A stretch of 64,000 bases of DNA from Nitrospinaceae bacterium (GCA_965237905.1 OZ250172.1:1888001-1952000); one strand, 5' to 3'; numbered from the stretch's first letter, positions 47,864 through 61,603 are shown. Made by a program: numbers and translations. Notes: generated from the sequence alone by a model not told the origin.

Positions 47864-49321
47864 ATGAAACGCAGAATATACGGGATTGAAACGGAGTACG
47901 GCCTCTTGATCAAGGAGGATGATTTCAAATACGGTCCCATTGACGTCGCGGTTCGCATCAAAAATCATATCTTCGACCAGAAGCAGGGTGTGCTCGATTT
48001 GCATTACCGCGCCAACGACGAGCCGCCCGGCAACGGTGGATTCCTCGCCAACGGCGGCCGGATTTATCTCGACATGGGCCATCTCGAATACGCCTCGCCG
48101 GAATGTTCCAATCTGGTGGACCTGGTCACGTTCGACCGCGCCGGGGACAATATTGTGCAAAAAGCACTGGAGGAATTGGGTTGGGCGGACCAGGTGGCGT
48201 TTATTAAAAACAATGTCGATCTGGAAACCAACGCCACCTTCGGGTGCCATGAGAATTATCTGGTCAGCCGCGCGTTCCAGTTTGATAACCGCGAAAACCT
48301 GCGGCTTCTGGCGTCGTTTCTGGTAACCCGGCAGATTTATGCCGGCACCGGACGAACCGGTGCCTGCAACCCGCAACCGTTCCGCGATTGGGATGATGTT
48401 CACCAGACGCGTAAAGATACCGAAGAGGTCAATTTCCAGATATCCCAGCGTGCGGATCATATCCCCAACGAGTTTTACCGATGGGTGCAATACAACCGCG
48501 CCATCGTCAACACCCGCGACGAACCGTTGTCCGATCCCAGCAAGTACCGGCGCATTCATTTGTTGGTCGGTGATTCCAACATGAGTGATTTCGCCTGCGC
48601 CCTCAAGATGGGCACCACGTCCCTGATGATGGAGCTGATCGAGTTGGGAGTGGCGGACCCGGCATGGATTCTATCCGATTCCGTGAATGCCATGCGGGAT
48701 ATCTCCCGGGATCAGGAGTTCAAGTGGGAAATCACTCTGCGGGACGGTAACCAAAGCACCGCGCTGGAGTTGCAATGGGAAATGATGCAGGTTGGGAAAA
48801 AATACCTGGCGGGATCTTCGAGTGACGCTGATTGGGTGTTGGGAGCTTGGGAATCGGTGCTGACCGATATGCCCAAAGGACCGGAAGCGCTCATCGGACG
48901 GGTGGACTGGGCCAGCAAATACTGGATGCTCACCGAATTCATGAAGTCGGAAAATGTGGGATGGCAGGATCCCTGGATTAAAAGTCTCGACCTGGAGTTT
49001 CATAATCTCAATAAAGCGCACGGACTGTATTGGGGACTGGAAGAAAACGGAGACGCCCATCGCAAAACCTCCGATGAAGCCATCCTGTTCGCGCAGTCCA
49101 ACGCACCCAAGGGCACCCGCGCCGACGGTCGCGGCGAATTGGTAAAAACATTATTGGAATGCCAGACCGGTTATCTGATCGACTGGATCGGTTTCCGCCT
49201 GAATAAAGAAGAACCCTTCCTTATGCTGGACCCCTTCATTTCCTACAAAAAAGAAATTCAAGACTACCTGCGAAGTATGGATTTGCAGGACCCCTTCGGC
49301 GGTAAAAATTATTTTAGTTAA
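47864..49321 (+). CDS. pafA: PafA-like UBact/Pup-protein ligase
   Basis: RRIYGIETEYG, FLANGGRIYLDMGHLEYASPEC (PafA-type), GCHENY, RIHLLVGDSN. Confidence 0.88.
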   Translation: MKRRIYGIETEYGLLIKEDDFKYGPIDVAVRIKNHIFDQKQGVLDLHYRANDEPPGNGGFLANGGRIYLDMGHLEYASPECSNLVDLVTFDRAGDNIVQKALEELGWADQVAFIKNNVDLETNATFGCHENYLVSRAFQFDNRENLRLLASFLVTRQIYAGTGRTGACNPQPFRDWDDVHQTRKDTEEVNFQISQRADHIPNEFYRWVQYNRAIVNTRDEPLSDPSKYRRIHLLVGDSNMSDFACALKMGTTSLMMELIELGVADPAWILSDSVNAMRDISRDQEFKWEITLRDGNQSTALELQWEMMQVGKKYLAGSSSDADWVLGAWESVLTDMPKGPEALIGRVDWASKYWMLTEFMKSENVGWQDPWIKSLDLEFHNLNKAHGLYWGLEENGDAHRKTSDEAILFAQSNAPKGTRADGRGELVKTLLECQTGYLIDWIGFRLNKEEPFLMLDPFISYKKEIQDYLRSMDLQDPFGGKNYFS

Positions 49322-49485
49322 AAACGGACTATCGGACTGATTGATTTTCCCCTTGCTACCAAACGGTTATCCGGTCCACAGGGTGTCGTTTCACGCAGTG
49401 GGTTTTTGGTTGGCTTCGTTGGGAGGCAGGAGTATATTAAAGCAAATGGGAGTGATTTTTTTATTCATCTTGTAAGGAGGGTGCT

Positions 49486-49833
49486 TTGGAGGACAATTGT
49501 CTGTTTTGCAAAATTGCCAGTGGAAAGATGGATTCCGAAACAGTTTATAATGATGGGAATTTGATAGCTATTAAAGACATCAATCCGCAGGCCCCAACGC
49601 ATCTGTTGATCATTCCTAAAAAGCATTTTGGAACTCTCATGGATATTGAGGATTCGGACAAGGAGCTGATGGGGTCCGTGTGTACCTTGGCCAAATTCCT
49701 GGCCCAGGAAAACGATCTGGAGGCATCCGGCTTCCGTTTGGTGCTCAATTGCGGGTCGGGCGCCGGGCAGTCGGTGTTTCATATTCATTTTCATCTGTTG
49801 GGCGGAAGGCCCATGAAGTGGCCTCCCGGTTAA
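49486..49833 (+). CDS. hinT: Histidine triad nucleotide-binding protein
   Basis: CLFCKI, DINPQAPTH, GQSVFHIHFHLLGGR. TTG start after AGGAGG. Confidence 0.93.
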   Translation: MEDNCLFCKIASGKMDSETVYNDGNLIAIKDINPQAPTHLLIIPKKHFGTLMDIEDSDKELMGSVCTLAKFLAQENDLEASGFRLVLNCGSGAGQSVFHIHFHLLGGRPMKWPPG

Positions 49834-49837
49834 TCGC

Positions 49838-50863
49838 ATGATCACAGTCGAACAATTATATGAAAAACTAAAACCGATTAAGGTCGGCAGTCCCCTGTGC
49901 GAATTTACGCTCGAGCATTGTCAGCGGATTTATCCCATCATCAGCCGCATCGAAGAACTCAAGCGGAAGAAGAACGCCATCATCCTGGCGCACAATTATG
50001 TCGCGCCGGAAATTTTGTATGGAGTCGCCGACCACACTGGAGATTCCTACGGCCTGGCCAAGATCGCCCGCGATTCCGATGCGGAAGTGATCGTCTTTCC
50101 CGCCGTGCGGTTCATGGCGGAAACCGCAAAAATTTTAAATCCCAATAAAACGGTCCTCGATCCCAATCCCGACGGCGGTTGTTCCCTGGCGGATGGTATT
50201 ACCGCCGCCGATGTCCGGCGCCTGCGGAAGGAATTTCCCGATCACACCTTTGTCTGCTATATCAACACCACCGCCGAAGTAAAGGCTTTGTGTGACGTGT
50301 GCGTGACGTCCTCCAATGTGTATCACATTGTGGAAACCATCGATAATGACAATATCTATTTTCTGCCCGACAAGTTGATGGCCATGAATGTGGTTCATTA
50401 TTTGCAGGATCGGGGAATCAAAAAAAATATTTCCTGGTACGACGGCACCTGTTATGTGCACGAGGAATACGCGCCCGACGCCATCGACTTTGTCCGCACC
50501 GGCAATCCGAATGTCGATGTGCTGGTGCATCCGGAATGCCATCCCGCAGTGGTCCAGAAGGCGGATTTCGTGGGGAGTACCACGAGTATGCTCAACCACG
50601 TTCGCGAATCCAGTGGCGATACGTTTTTCCTGCTTACGGAGTGCGGGCTGACCGGTATTTTACAATCCGAGTTTCCCGAAAAGCGGTTCGTGGGTTCCTG
50701 TACCATGTGCAAATACATGAAGTCCAATTCCCTGCAGGATGTTTTGCAAGCCTTGGAGAATCCGCGTCCGGATCAGATCATTGAGCTTTCCCCTGAAGTC
50801 CGGCAGAACGCGCTGCGTTGTGTCGAACGCATGTTCGAATACACGGAACAAATCTCTTCCTGA
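49838..50863 (+). CDS. nadA: Quinolinate synthase
   Basis: ILAHNY, GDS, FMAETAKIL, CSLA, YINT, CYVH, HPEC, CKYMK. Confidence 0.95.
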   Translation: MITVEQLYEKLKPIKVGSPLCEFTLEHCQRIYPIISRIEELKRKKNAIILAHNYVAPEILYGVADHTGDSYGLAKIARDSDAEVIVFPAVRFMAETAKILNPNKTVLDPNPDGGCSLADGITAADVRRLRKEFPDHTFVCYINTTAEVKALCDVCVTSSNVYHIVETIDNDNIYFLPDKLMAMNVVHYLQDRGIKKNISWYDGTCYVHEEYAPDAIDFVRTGNPNVDVLVHPECHPAVVQKADFVGSTTSMLNHVRESSGDTFFLLTECGLTGILQSEFPEKRFVGSCTMCKYMKSNSLQDVLQALENPRPDQIIELSPEVRQNALRCVERMFEYTEQISS

Positions 50864-50870
50864 ACGCCCT

Positions 50871-54056
<3,186 letters not shown>

Positions 54057-55865
54057 TTAATGGTCGTGCGTGGCTGCGGATTTGCCGATCTCCGCCTTCA
54101 CCACAAAACTGTTTTTGTGCACGTACTCGCTTCCCGGTTCGATGCCGCTGAGCACTTCCACATGGACGCCGTCGTTTTCGCCCAGCTCCAGCGGGCGGGC
54201 TTCGTAACGGTTATCGACCTTAATGAACACCACCGACCAGTCGCGTATCGTCTGAATCGCGTCCACCGGCACTGCCAGCGGCACCTTCCGCGAGGCCTGA
54301 ACCAGTTTCACCGTAACGTACATGCCGGGCCGCCACAGGCGTTGTTTGTTGGGAATGACCACCCGCCCGGTCACGGTACGGCTCTTCTTATCGATCAATG
54401 CTCCCAGGTAAGTGAGTTTCCCTTTGGCCTCCAGGCCCAGCTTGTCAGCCCGGACGGTGACTTGCTGGCCCAGTCGCACCACGTTCAGGTGCTTGGCCGG
54501 AACGGCGATATTGACCCAGACTTCGGACAAGTCAGCCAGCACGAACACATCGAAATCTTTTTTAACCGACTCCCCAACGGCGATGTGCTTTTGAATCACT
54601 TCCCCGTTAATTTCAGAGCGCAATTCGAATCGAGTGAATCGCCGCTTCTGCTCATGAGACAAATTATTGACTTCCCGTGAGGTCAACCCCAATGCTCGCA
54701 GTTTCTGCGCCAGGGTTTTGATTTCAAGGTTGGCCTGTTCCACGTTCTTTTGTTTTTCGAGCAGAGCCAGTTTGTTGCCATACGCGATTTTTTCACGCAG
54801 AGAAATGTACCTGGCCTCGGCGCTTTTATATTCCTCCATCGCCAGCAGGTATTCCGACCGGGAGGAAATTTTCTTTTGGTACAGCGAGAGCTCACGTTCA
54901 TAAACGGCCTTGGACCGAATCAGTCGTCCATAAGCCGGAACGATCTGCGCGCGCGATTCACCCAGTACCAGTGCGTTGATCTTTTCGTAAAGCGTATCCA
55001 GGTCCAATCCCTGTTGCAGAAGGTCGAGCATGACCCGGTTATTTTTGTTGATCAGTTTCTGCCGTTCGAGTTCGACGCGCACCGGTTCGGCCTGCTTGAC
55101 AGCCGTTAAATATTCGGTTTTGGCGTCGGCCAACTCGCGTGAATCCAGAATCGCCAGAATGTCGCCTTTTTTCACTGGGTCACCCAGATCCTTGTGAACG
55201 CGGGTGACCATGGCATCCAGCCGCGGCACGACGTGCGCCACGCGCTTTTCATGCAGGCCGATCTCGCCGTTGAGTTGCACGACCTGATGAATTTCGGCGG
55301 GTCCGGCCCGCGTGGTTTCGATGCCGGCGTTCTTCGCCGCTTCTTCGGAAATCTGGGCGCGCGCTTCTATCTGCGAGTATTCCCACTGATAATTTTTCCC
55401 ATGCCATCCGGCTTTTATTTTTACGTCGAAAGAATGCGGTTCGACCACGATCCGGTCACCCAACAGGTAATCGCCGGAAGGGCGGAATTTGATAGTGTCC
55501 ACGCGCTCCAGCCGGTGCAGGTCGATGTTCAGTTTGATATGATCGAGCAAGATATTGTTACCCTCCGCGTCCGTTGCGTAGATGCGGAATTGCGGCGGCA
55601 CGTTGCGTTCGTAAATGGTGACCTCCAAATTCAAATCGTCCTTGGAAAATATGCGGCCGCCGTGCGGTCCTTTGTCTTCTGCATGTTCTTCGCCTGCGGT
55701 TTCCTCGCCTTCGGAGTGGCCCTGTTCTCCTTCCTCCATATGACCGGCGGGTTCGTCATGTCCATGTTGATCGTGGATTCCCGGGGGCTCGGTTTGCAGA
55801 ATCATGACCGCCAGCACGGCGCCTACCGCCAGGATGATCAGGATGGATAAGGATTTACGGTTCAT
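54057..55865 (-). CDS. czcB: CzcB-type periplasmic adaptor with His-rich N-terminus
   Basis: HDQHGH..GPHGG, membrane-fusion protein motifs, WRPGMYV, C-terminal ATHDH. Confidence 0.9.
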   Translation of the reverse strand: MNRKSLSILIILAVGAVLAVMILQTEPPGIHDQHGHDEPAGHMEEGEQGHSEGEETAGEEHAEDKGPHGGRIFSKDDLNLEVTIYERNVPPQFRIYATDAEGNNILLDHIKLNIDLHRLERVDTIKFRPSGDYLLGDRIVVEPHSFDVKIKAGWHGKNYQWEYSQIEARAQISEEAAKNAGIETTRAGPAEIHQVVQLNGEIGLHEKRVAHVVPRLDAMVTRVHKDLGDPVKKGDILAILDSRELADAKTEYLTAVKQAEPVRVELERQKLINKNNRVMLDLLQQGLDLDTLYEKINALVLGESRAQIVPAYGRLIRSKAVYERELSLYQKKISSRSEYLLAMEEYKSAEARYISLREKIAYGNKLALLEKQKNVEQANLEIKTLAQKLRALGLTSREVNNLSHEQKRRFTRFELRSEINGEVIQKHIAVGESVKKDFDVFVLADLSEVWVNIAVPAKHLNVVRLGQQVTVRADKLGLEAKGKLTYLGALIDKKSRTVTGRVVIPNKQRLWRPGMYVTVKLVQASRKVPLAVPVDAIQTIRDWSVVFIKVDNRYEARPLELGENDGVHVEVLSGIEPGSEYVHKNSFVVKAEIGKSAATHDH

Positions 55866-57220
55866 CGTCGTTTCTCCCTTTGTTTCGGCTGAGGGCGGGG
55901 CTCGGGTAAAGGAGACACCGCCTGCCCGGTCAACCGCTCCACGTCGGCGACCGCTTTATGGTATTCCGCCAGTGCATCGAGAAACTGCGACCGCGCGTTG
56001 AACCAGGTCCGCTGGCTGTCCAGCACTTCGAGATAACCGAATTTGCCGAAGCGGTATCCCTCGTTGACCGCTTCAAACGCGGTTCGCGCGCCCGGCAGGA
56101 TTTTGGTTTTGAGCGATGTCACCTGGCTGTGGGCGTTGGCCAGGCGGGTGTACCCGGTGGCCAGCGCCGCGTTCAGTTTCAATGCGACCGCCCTTCGCTC
56201 AGCCTTGGCCTTTGCGAGACGGTGCCGCGCTTCGGCGATAGCGCCCTGGTTGCGGTCGAACAGTTGAATGGGAATCGAGAATTCAACAATGAAGGAGTTG
56301 TCGTTGGTCTCCTCGAACCAGCGCGCCCCGGCACCGACTCTGAGGTTGGGAACGGCGTTGGCTTGTTCCAGATCAACTGCGGCTGTGCGTTGCGCCATCT
56401 CCGTGGCCCAGCGGGCGAGATCGGGGTTGCTTTGCATCCGTTCCGCCAGAGTGTTAAACGGCGGCACGGACCTGATCAGGTAAAGGCGTCCCGTCACTCT
56501 TTTGAAGTGCGGCGTCATGCTGGCCCAGAACGAAGCCAGCCGCCGGTACGCCGCCATCAGATTATTCTTGGACTGCTGGAATTGAATCTGCGTGGTGGAC
56601 AGCGCGACCTGTGCTTTGACCTCGTGGATGGGAGATACCTTGCCCGCAGTCACCCGCGCTTTGACTGCGTTGTAGGAATTTTTGGAAAGTTGCACCAGCT
56701 CCCGCGCCAGGCTCAGCTTTTCCTGGGCGGTCAGGGCGTCGGTGTACGCCTTCGCCACCCGCGTCAGAATATCCATCCGCGCGGTTTCGTAATCCCAGAA
56801 CGCGAGGTCTTTGTGCGACAACGCTTCTTTCTCCCGCTTGGTGCGCTTGCCGCCTAGTTCGATCACCTGGCTGAGCACGAGGGTGGACTGCGACTGCTGG
56901 ACATCCCTGAAGCCGCCGGAGCCGAACACATCCTGCACGTCAAATAGGAGGTTGGGATTTTTATACAGGCCGGCCTGTAGAGCCCGCGCCTCGCGTGCAC
57001 GCACTTCCAGCGAGAACGCTTCCAGCTCCGGATTGTGGAGCAGGACCTGCGCGATCACTTCCCGCAGGGTCAGCACTCCGCCAGCTGGCTTCTGCAGGGT
57101 GATCTCTCCGGACGGGCCGGTGGATTTCTTTATCGGAATTTTTGGGTTCGCCCCGAAGGAGATTGAAGGCAATAGTATCAACAATGCCACCAGGACAAGT
57201 CGTTTGATAACGGGTTTCAT
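55862..57220 (-). CDS. czcC: CzcC/TolC outer membrane factor
   Basis: NPEL..ELGGKR..LFDRNQG..GKFGYLEVLDSQR. Confidence 0.9.
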   Translation of the reverse strand: MKPVIKRLVLVALLILLPSISFGANPKIPIKKSTGPSGEITLQKPAGGVLTLREVIAQVLLHNPELEAFSLEVRAREARALQAGLYKNPNLLFDVQDVFGSGGFRDVQQSQSTLVLSQVIELGGKRTKREKEALSHKDLAFWDYETARMDILTRVAKAYTDALTAQEKLSLARELVQLSKNSYNAVKARVTAGKVSPIHEVKAQVALSTTQIQFQQSKNNLMAAYRRLASFWASMTPHFKRVTGRLYLIRSVPPFNTLAERMQSNPDLARWATEMAQRTAAVDLEQANAVPNLRVGAGARWFEETNDNSFIVEFSIPIQLFDRNQGAIAEARHRLAKAKAERRAVALKLNAALATGYTRLANAHSQVTSLKTKILPGARTAFEAVNEGYRFGKFGYLEVLDSQRTWFNARSQFLDALAEYHKAVADVERLTGQAVSPLPEPRPQPKQREKRR

Positions 57221-57304
57221 AGTGTTTGAGTCACCGGAACGGCGGAACAGGCTCCGCGATTCCGAATGGATTTATTTTAAGTTTTTAAATGGGTGGAGAC
57301 GGGA

Positions 57305-57778
57305 TTACGCGCGCAGGGGCGGCGATCGTTCGGAATGGTTTTGCGGACACAGGAGAATTCGGTTGGCGTCGGGTGAAATTTGCTGAGAATGAGAGGATTC
57401 CAATTGCACCGGGATAGAGGAAACCACTGTGGCAGCGGGGTGGAACTCCAACGCCAGCTTGATGACCTTGGTGACGCCGGATTGGTTGAAATCGTATTGC
57501 ACCGTTGCGGCATCGCTGCCCGGCATATTTTCGGAGTGGTGATGCGTCTCACCGGGGCGCAGGGGCTGATGGTCGGGCTCGATAAAGCGCGCCAGCAGGG
57601 TATCCAACTCCAGCGAATGGAAATGCCCGCTGTGCTGGTGCGCCTGCAGTTCGCCGTCGTGCGCGTGGACGTATTCGGGATGATAATGATAGAACATCCC
57701 GAAACTGAAGTGGAACGTCCATAGCAGGACGAACATAAAAGTCAGCGCCGGACGGTTATTTGTGAATCTGCGAATCAC
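57305..57778 (-). CDS. His-rich exported leader protein ending in RSPP
   Basis: Hydrophobic N-terminus, HYHPEYVHAH..HQHSGHFH..HHH, and C-terminal SERSPPLRA. Confidence 0.75.
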   Translation of the reverse strand: MIRRFTNNRPALTFMFVLLWTFHFSFGMFYHYHPEYVHAHDGELQAHQHSGHFHSLELDTLLARFIEPDHQPLRPGETHHHSENMPGSDAATVQYDFNQSGVTKVIKLALEFHPAATVVSSIPVQLESSHSQQISPDANRILLCPQNHSERSPPLRA

Positions 57779-57881
57779 AGTACTCTCACTCCCGGAAAAG
57801 GGGTCGCAACTCTCTATCGGTGTAATATAGGCCCAGTATAAGCAAATTCAAGGATTTATAGCAAGTATTTTCCGCCCGGCG

Positions 57882-59270
57882 CTACGCCGGGCCGATCATG
57901 TTTTTCGGTTGGACTTTCTGGTCGAATTCTTCGGCAGTGAGCAGGCCGAGGGCCACGGCGGCTTCTTTGAGTGTGCTGTGGTCTTCGAAGGCTTTCTTGG
58001 CGACTTTGGCGGCGTTGTCGTAACCGATGTGCGGGTTGAGCGCGGTGACCAGCATCAATGAGTTCTTGAGGTTCTTTTCGATATTTTCCTTGTTGGGTTG
58101 GATACCGACGGCGCAGTGTTCGTTGAACGATTTGCAGGCGTCGGCCAGGAGGCGGATGGATTGCAGGAGGTTGTAGATCATCACTGGCTTAAATACATTA
58201 AGCTCGAAGTTGCCGGACGCGCCGCCGACGTTGACGGCGGTGTCGTTACCGATCACTTGCGCCGCGACCATGGTGAGCGCTTCGCATTGAGTCGGGTTCA
58301 CCTTGCCGGGCATGATGGACGAGCCGGGTTCGTTGGCGGGCAGGGCGAGCTCGCCGATGCCACAGCGCGGTCCTGACCCCAGCCAGCGGATGTCGTTGCC
58401 GATCTTCATGAGCGAGCAGGCGATGGTTTTCATGACGCCGCTGGCTTCGACGATGGCGTCGTGCGCCGCCAGCGCCTCGAACTTGTTAGGCGCGGTGATG
58501 AACGGGTGTTTGGTGATATTCGCGATTTCCTTCGCCACTTTCACCGGGAAATCCGCATGCGTGTTGATGCCGGTGCCGACGGCGGTGCCGCCGAGGGCGA
58601 TCTGGTACAGGCGCGGCAGACAGGAGTCGATGCGCTGGATGGCGTTGTCGAGTTGCGCGGCGTAACCGCTGAACTCCTGCCCCAGCGTGAGCGGGGTGGC
58701 GTCCATCAAATGCGTCCTGCCGATCTTGATAATGCTTTTGAATTCCTCCGATTTCTTTTTCAGCGTGTCGCGCAGGGCGGAGACGTCGGGGATGAGCCGG
58801 TTATGAATCTGCTCGACCGCCGAGATGTGCATGGCCGTGGGGAAAGTGTCGTTGGAGGACTGGCCTTTGTTGACGTCGTCGTTGGGATGGATCGGTTGCT
58901 TGCTTCCCAGTTCGCCGCCGGCGATTTCGATGGCGCGGTTGGCGATGACTTCGTTGGTGTTCATGTTGGTCTGGGTGCCGGAGCCGGTCTGCCACACGTA
59001 CAAGGGGAAATGCAAATCGAGGGTGCCGGAGATCACTTCGTCCGCCGCCTGGACGATGAGGTCTTTTTTGTCGGCGGGTAATACGTGAAGGTCGGCGTTG
59101 ACGATGGCGGCGGCTTTTTTGAGGATGCCCATGGCCCGGATGATCTCGCGCGGCATGGTTTCCCATCCGATGTTGAAATTGATGAGCGACCGCGCGGTCT
59201 GTGCGCCGTAATATTTATCGGCGGGAACCTTGATCTCCCCCATGCTGTCCGATTCCATCCGGTATTTCAT
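57882..59270 (-). CDS. fumC: Class II fumarate hydratase
   Basis: [27 protein letters not shown]. Confidence 0.98.
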   Translation of the reverse strand: MKYRMESDSMGEIKVPADKYYGAQTARSLINFNIGWETMPREIIRAMGILKKAAAIVNADLHVLPADKKDLIVQAADEVISGTLDLHFPLYVWQTGSGTQTNMNTNEVIANRAIEIAGGELGSKQPIHPNDDVNKGQSSNDTFPTAMHISAVEQIHNRLIPDVSALRDTLKKKSEEFKSIIKIGRTHLMDATPLTLGQEFSGYAAQLDNAIQRIDSCLPRLYQIALGGTAVGTGINTHADFPVKVAKEIANITKHPFITAPNKFEALAAHDAIVEASGVMKTIACSLMKIGNDIRWLGSGPRCGIGELALPANEPGSSIMPGKVNPTQCEALTMVAAQVIGNDTAVNVGGASGNFELNVFKPVMIYNLLQSIRLLADACKSFNEHCAVGIQPNKENIEKNLKNSLMLVTALNPHIGYDNAAKVAKKAFEDHSTLKEAAVALGLLTAEEFDQKVQPKNMIGPA

Positions 59271-59320
59271 AATTGTTCCCCTCTGAACGATGATATTGAA
59301 AAATTAGAATCTGTATTTTA

Positions 59321-59435
59321 ACCACAGATGAACACAGATAAACACCGATGAAACCGAGATCCTTCGCTGGCGCTCAGGATGACCGGCGAGCCGCCGGTGG
59401 CAAATTTATCCTGTTAACCCTATCATCCTGTTATT
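59321..59435. repeat. Cluster of short intergenic repeats
   Basis: 3 x 10-bp ACCACAGATG/AACACAGATA/AACACCGATG, then GAGATCCTTCGCTGGCGCTCAGGATGAC (59356-59383), then ATCCTGT repeats also seen near 28567. Confidence 0.55.
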
Positions 59436-59536
59436 CGTTCCTCCAAGACGTTGATGGTTATCACCTGTTTGGGAGGACCTGTCTGCCTTTGGTTCGGGCA
59501 AGGCCCGGAGCAAAATTGGGTCCAGCCTCAGGCTGG

Positions 59537-60562
59537 TTAACGCATGAAATAGTGTTCCGCTTCCGGTAAGTGTTCTGTTATATACGTTTTGAATTTTTTG
59601 AGCAAGCGTTGTTCCGTCTGTCGGACGGCTTCGCGGGTAATGTTATAGTGTTCGCCGATTTCTTTCAACGAGGTTGGGTCCTCGGACAGGATGCGGGTGG
59701 CAAACAGTTCTTTTTCAATGGGTTTCAGGTCTTCGAGGAAGGCCTCGATTTTCTCGTGGAGGGCTTCATGGAACTGGCTTTTTTCGATGGCCTGGGCCGG
59801 GTTCTTGCCGTCGCTCAGTGATGCGCCGGGGGTCATATCGCTGTCCGGGTGGCTGGGGGTATCCATCGAGACGTCGTAGGCGCCGAGGCTGGCCTGCACG
59901 TCGATGACGTCTTTTTCCGCGACGCCAAAATGCTCGGCGAGTTTCTTGGGCGAAGCGGTGAAGCCCTGCTCCTCCAGCTTGGCTTTTTCCTTTTGTAAAT
60001 TATAGAGCAGCTTGCGGCGGGCGTTGGTGGTGCCGACGCGCACCAGCCGCCAGTTGTCGAGGATGTATTTCAGGATATAGGCCTTGATCCACCAGCTGGC
60101 GTAGGCGGGCAGGCGCACGCCGCGGAACGGGTCGAAGTTCTTCACCGCTTTCATGAGGCCGACGTTGCCCTCCTGGATGAGGTCCATCACGTTCTGCCAT
60201 TCGCGCCGGAAGGTCATGGCGATTTTGACCACCAGCATGAGGTTGTTGGTGATGAGTTTGTAGGCGGCCTGGGCGTCGCCGGTTTCCTGATAGTGGAGGG
60301 CGAGTTCTTTTTCCTCGTCCTCGGACAGTTCCGTGTATTGCCGGATTTCGTTGATGTAGGCGGTCAGCGGGTCGAGCGGCGCCAGCGCGTCCGATCCACG
60401 CAGGACGGGCAGGGAACGAGAATCCTCCTCCTCTGGGCTCTCGTCGTCGAGTTCGTCGTCCAGCACTTCCGGTTCCAGCGGGAGAGGTTTCTCCTCCTCG
60501 TCACCGGGATGGGAATCGTCTGCTTCCTGGAGTTCCGATTTATGCTTTAAAGGCTCGTTCAT
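59537..60562 (-). CDS. rpoH: RpoH (sigma-32)-family RNA polymerase sigma factor
   Basis: DLIQEGNVGLMKAVKNFDP..WWIKAYILKYILDNWRLVRVGTTNARRKLLYNL (RpoH box-like), TREAVRQ. Start 60562 or 60580. Confidence 0.85.
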   Translation of the reverse strand: MNEPLKHKSELQEADDSHPGDEEEKPLPLEPEVLDDELDDESPEEEDSRSLPVLRGSDALAPLDPLTAYINEIRQYTELSEDEEKELALHYQETGDAQAAYKLITNNLMLVVKIAMTFRREWQNVMDLIQEGNVGLMKAVKNFDPFRGVRLPAYASWWIKAYILKYILDNWRLVRVGTTNARRKLLYNLQKEKAKLEEQGFTASPKKLAEHFGVAEKDVIDVQASLGAYDVSMDTPSHPDSDMTPGASLSDGKNPAQAIEKSQFHEALHEKIEAFLEDLKPIEKELFATRILSEDPTSLKEIGEHYNITREAVRQTEQRLLKKFKTYITEHLPEAEHYFMR

Positions 60563-60655
60563 AATCAACCATTTGTCCATTTAGCCGATTCCGCACCCAT
60601 ATTTGAGGGAATAGGAGCCGTTGAATGTCGCTCTTATACAAAGTACAATGGCGGC

Positions 60656-60895
60656 ATGCGAATAGATATTTTTATAATACTCCTGGTAGGGGCGATTTTA
60701 CTGTACCGCTGGTCCCAGAAGGCCTCTAAAGAAAAAGGCGACGGGCCTTCTTCCACGGAGATGGTCATGGACCCCAATTGCGAGATCTACATTCCGGAGA
60801 CGGAAGCGATCCGGGCCACCATTGGCGGCAGGGACCATTTTTTTTGCAGTGAAAAATGCGCCGCTGAATACCGGAAATGGCACAGCACCGTATGA
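60656..60895 (+). CDS. Small membrane-anchored YHS/TRASH-domain protein
   Basis: TM helix followed by MVMDPNCEIYIP..HFFCSEKC. Confidence 0.8.
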   Translation: MRIDIFIILLVGAILLYRWSQKASKEKGDGPSSTEMVMDPNCEIYIPETEAIRATIGGRDHFFCSEKCAAEYRKWHSTV

Positions 60896-61048
60896 GATCG
60901 GTCCGAAAAGCCCCACATTTACCCATATTGTACCATAACCCGCAGGCAAACCCGGTTGGGGCGGGAGCCGCCGAAACGGGCCCGGGAGGACGCCGAAGCG
61001 GGCCCGGGACGCCGGGAGCGGGAGGCTGGAACCAGGAAAGGAAGCCTT

Positions 61049-61603
61049 GTGACGTATAAATCTGGATGGATGAAGGGGGTCGCTGTTGGCCTGATGTTAG
61101 GGGTGGCGGGGACCGCCCAGGCGGCGGAAGCGCCCAAGCCGTGCGAGCCGGTGGAGACGAAGGGGGTCAAGGTCGAGGGCTATATCTCGAAAAAATTCAA
61201 GCGGCAGAAGCGGGCGATCATCAAGGAGTTCAAGGAAATGGGATACACGCGAGCGGCGATCCGTCCGTTTCCCATGGGGAAGACCGCCAAGGTGATCGGT
61301 ATCGGGCGCTGCGTTCCGGCTTACATTGCGCGTCATGTGATGGCGAAGGCGTTGAAGTACACCAGCGGTATTGAGAGCCTCGTCAACCAGACGTTTCTGC
61401 ACACACACTGGATCGGTATCGGCACCACGACGTTTGATGAACCGTCCCAGCAGTTGGTGACGCAGGAGCAGGTCAAGCAGTTGATGAATCCTGCGTTGGG
61501 CGATGAGGAGTTTCATGCCTTGTACCGCAAATTTTCGGTGCAGGATGAAACCGTGCCTTACTTTGGGCTGACACCGAAGAACGCGAAGAAAGTGACCGAG
61601 TGA
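61049..61603 (+). CDS. Hypothetical secreted protein
   Basis: Signal peptide ending TAQA. Start is GTG 61049 or ATG 61070. Confidence 0.7.
   Translation: MTYKSGWMKGVAVGLMLGVAGTAQAAEAPKPCEPVETKGVKVEGYISKKFKRQKRAIIKEFKEMGYTRAAIRPFPMGKTAKVIGIGRCVPAYIARHVMAKALKYTSGIESLVNQTFLHTHWIGIGTTTFDEPSQQLVTQEQVKQLMNPALGDEEFHALYRKFSVQDETVPYFGLTPKNAKKVTE

Noticed and set aside
60941..61020. c-di-GMP-I riboswitch-like words (GGCAAAC..GAAA..GACGC)
   Set aside because: No GCAAAG after GAC and no convincing P2/P3. It looks like a GC-rich short direct duplication (CGCCGAARCGGGCCCGGGA twice).
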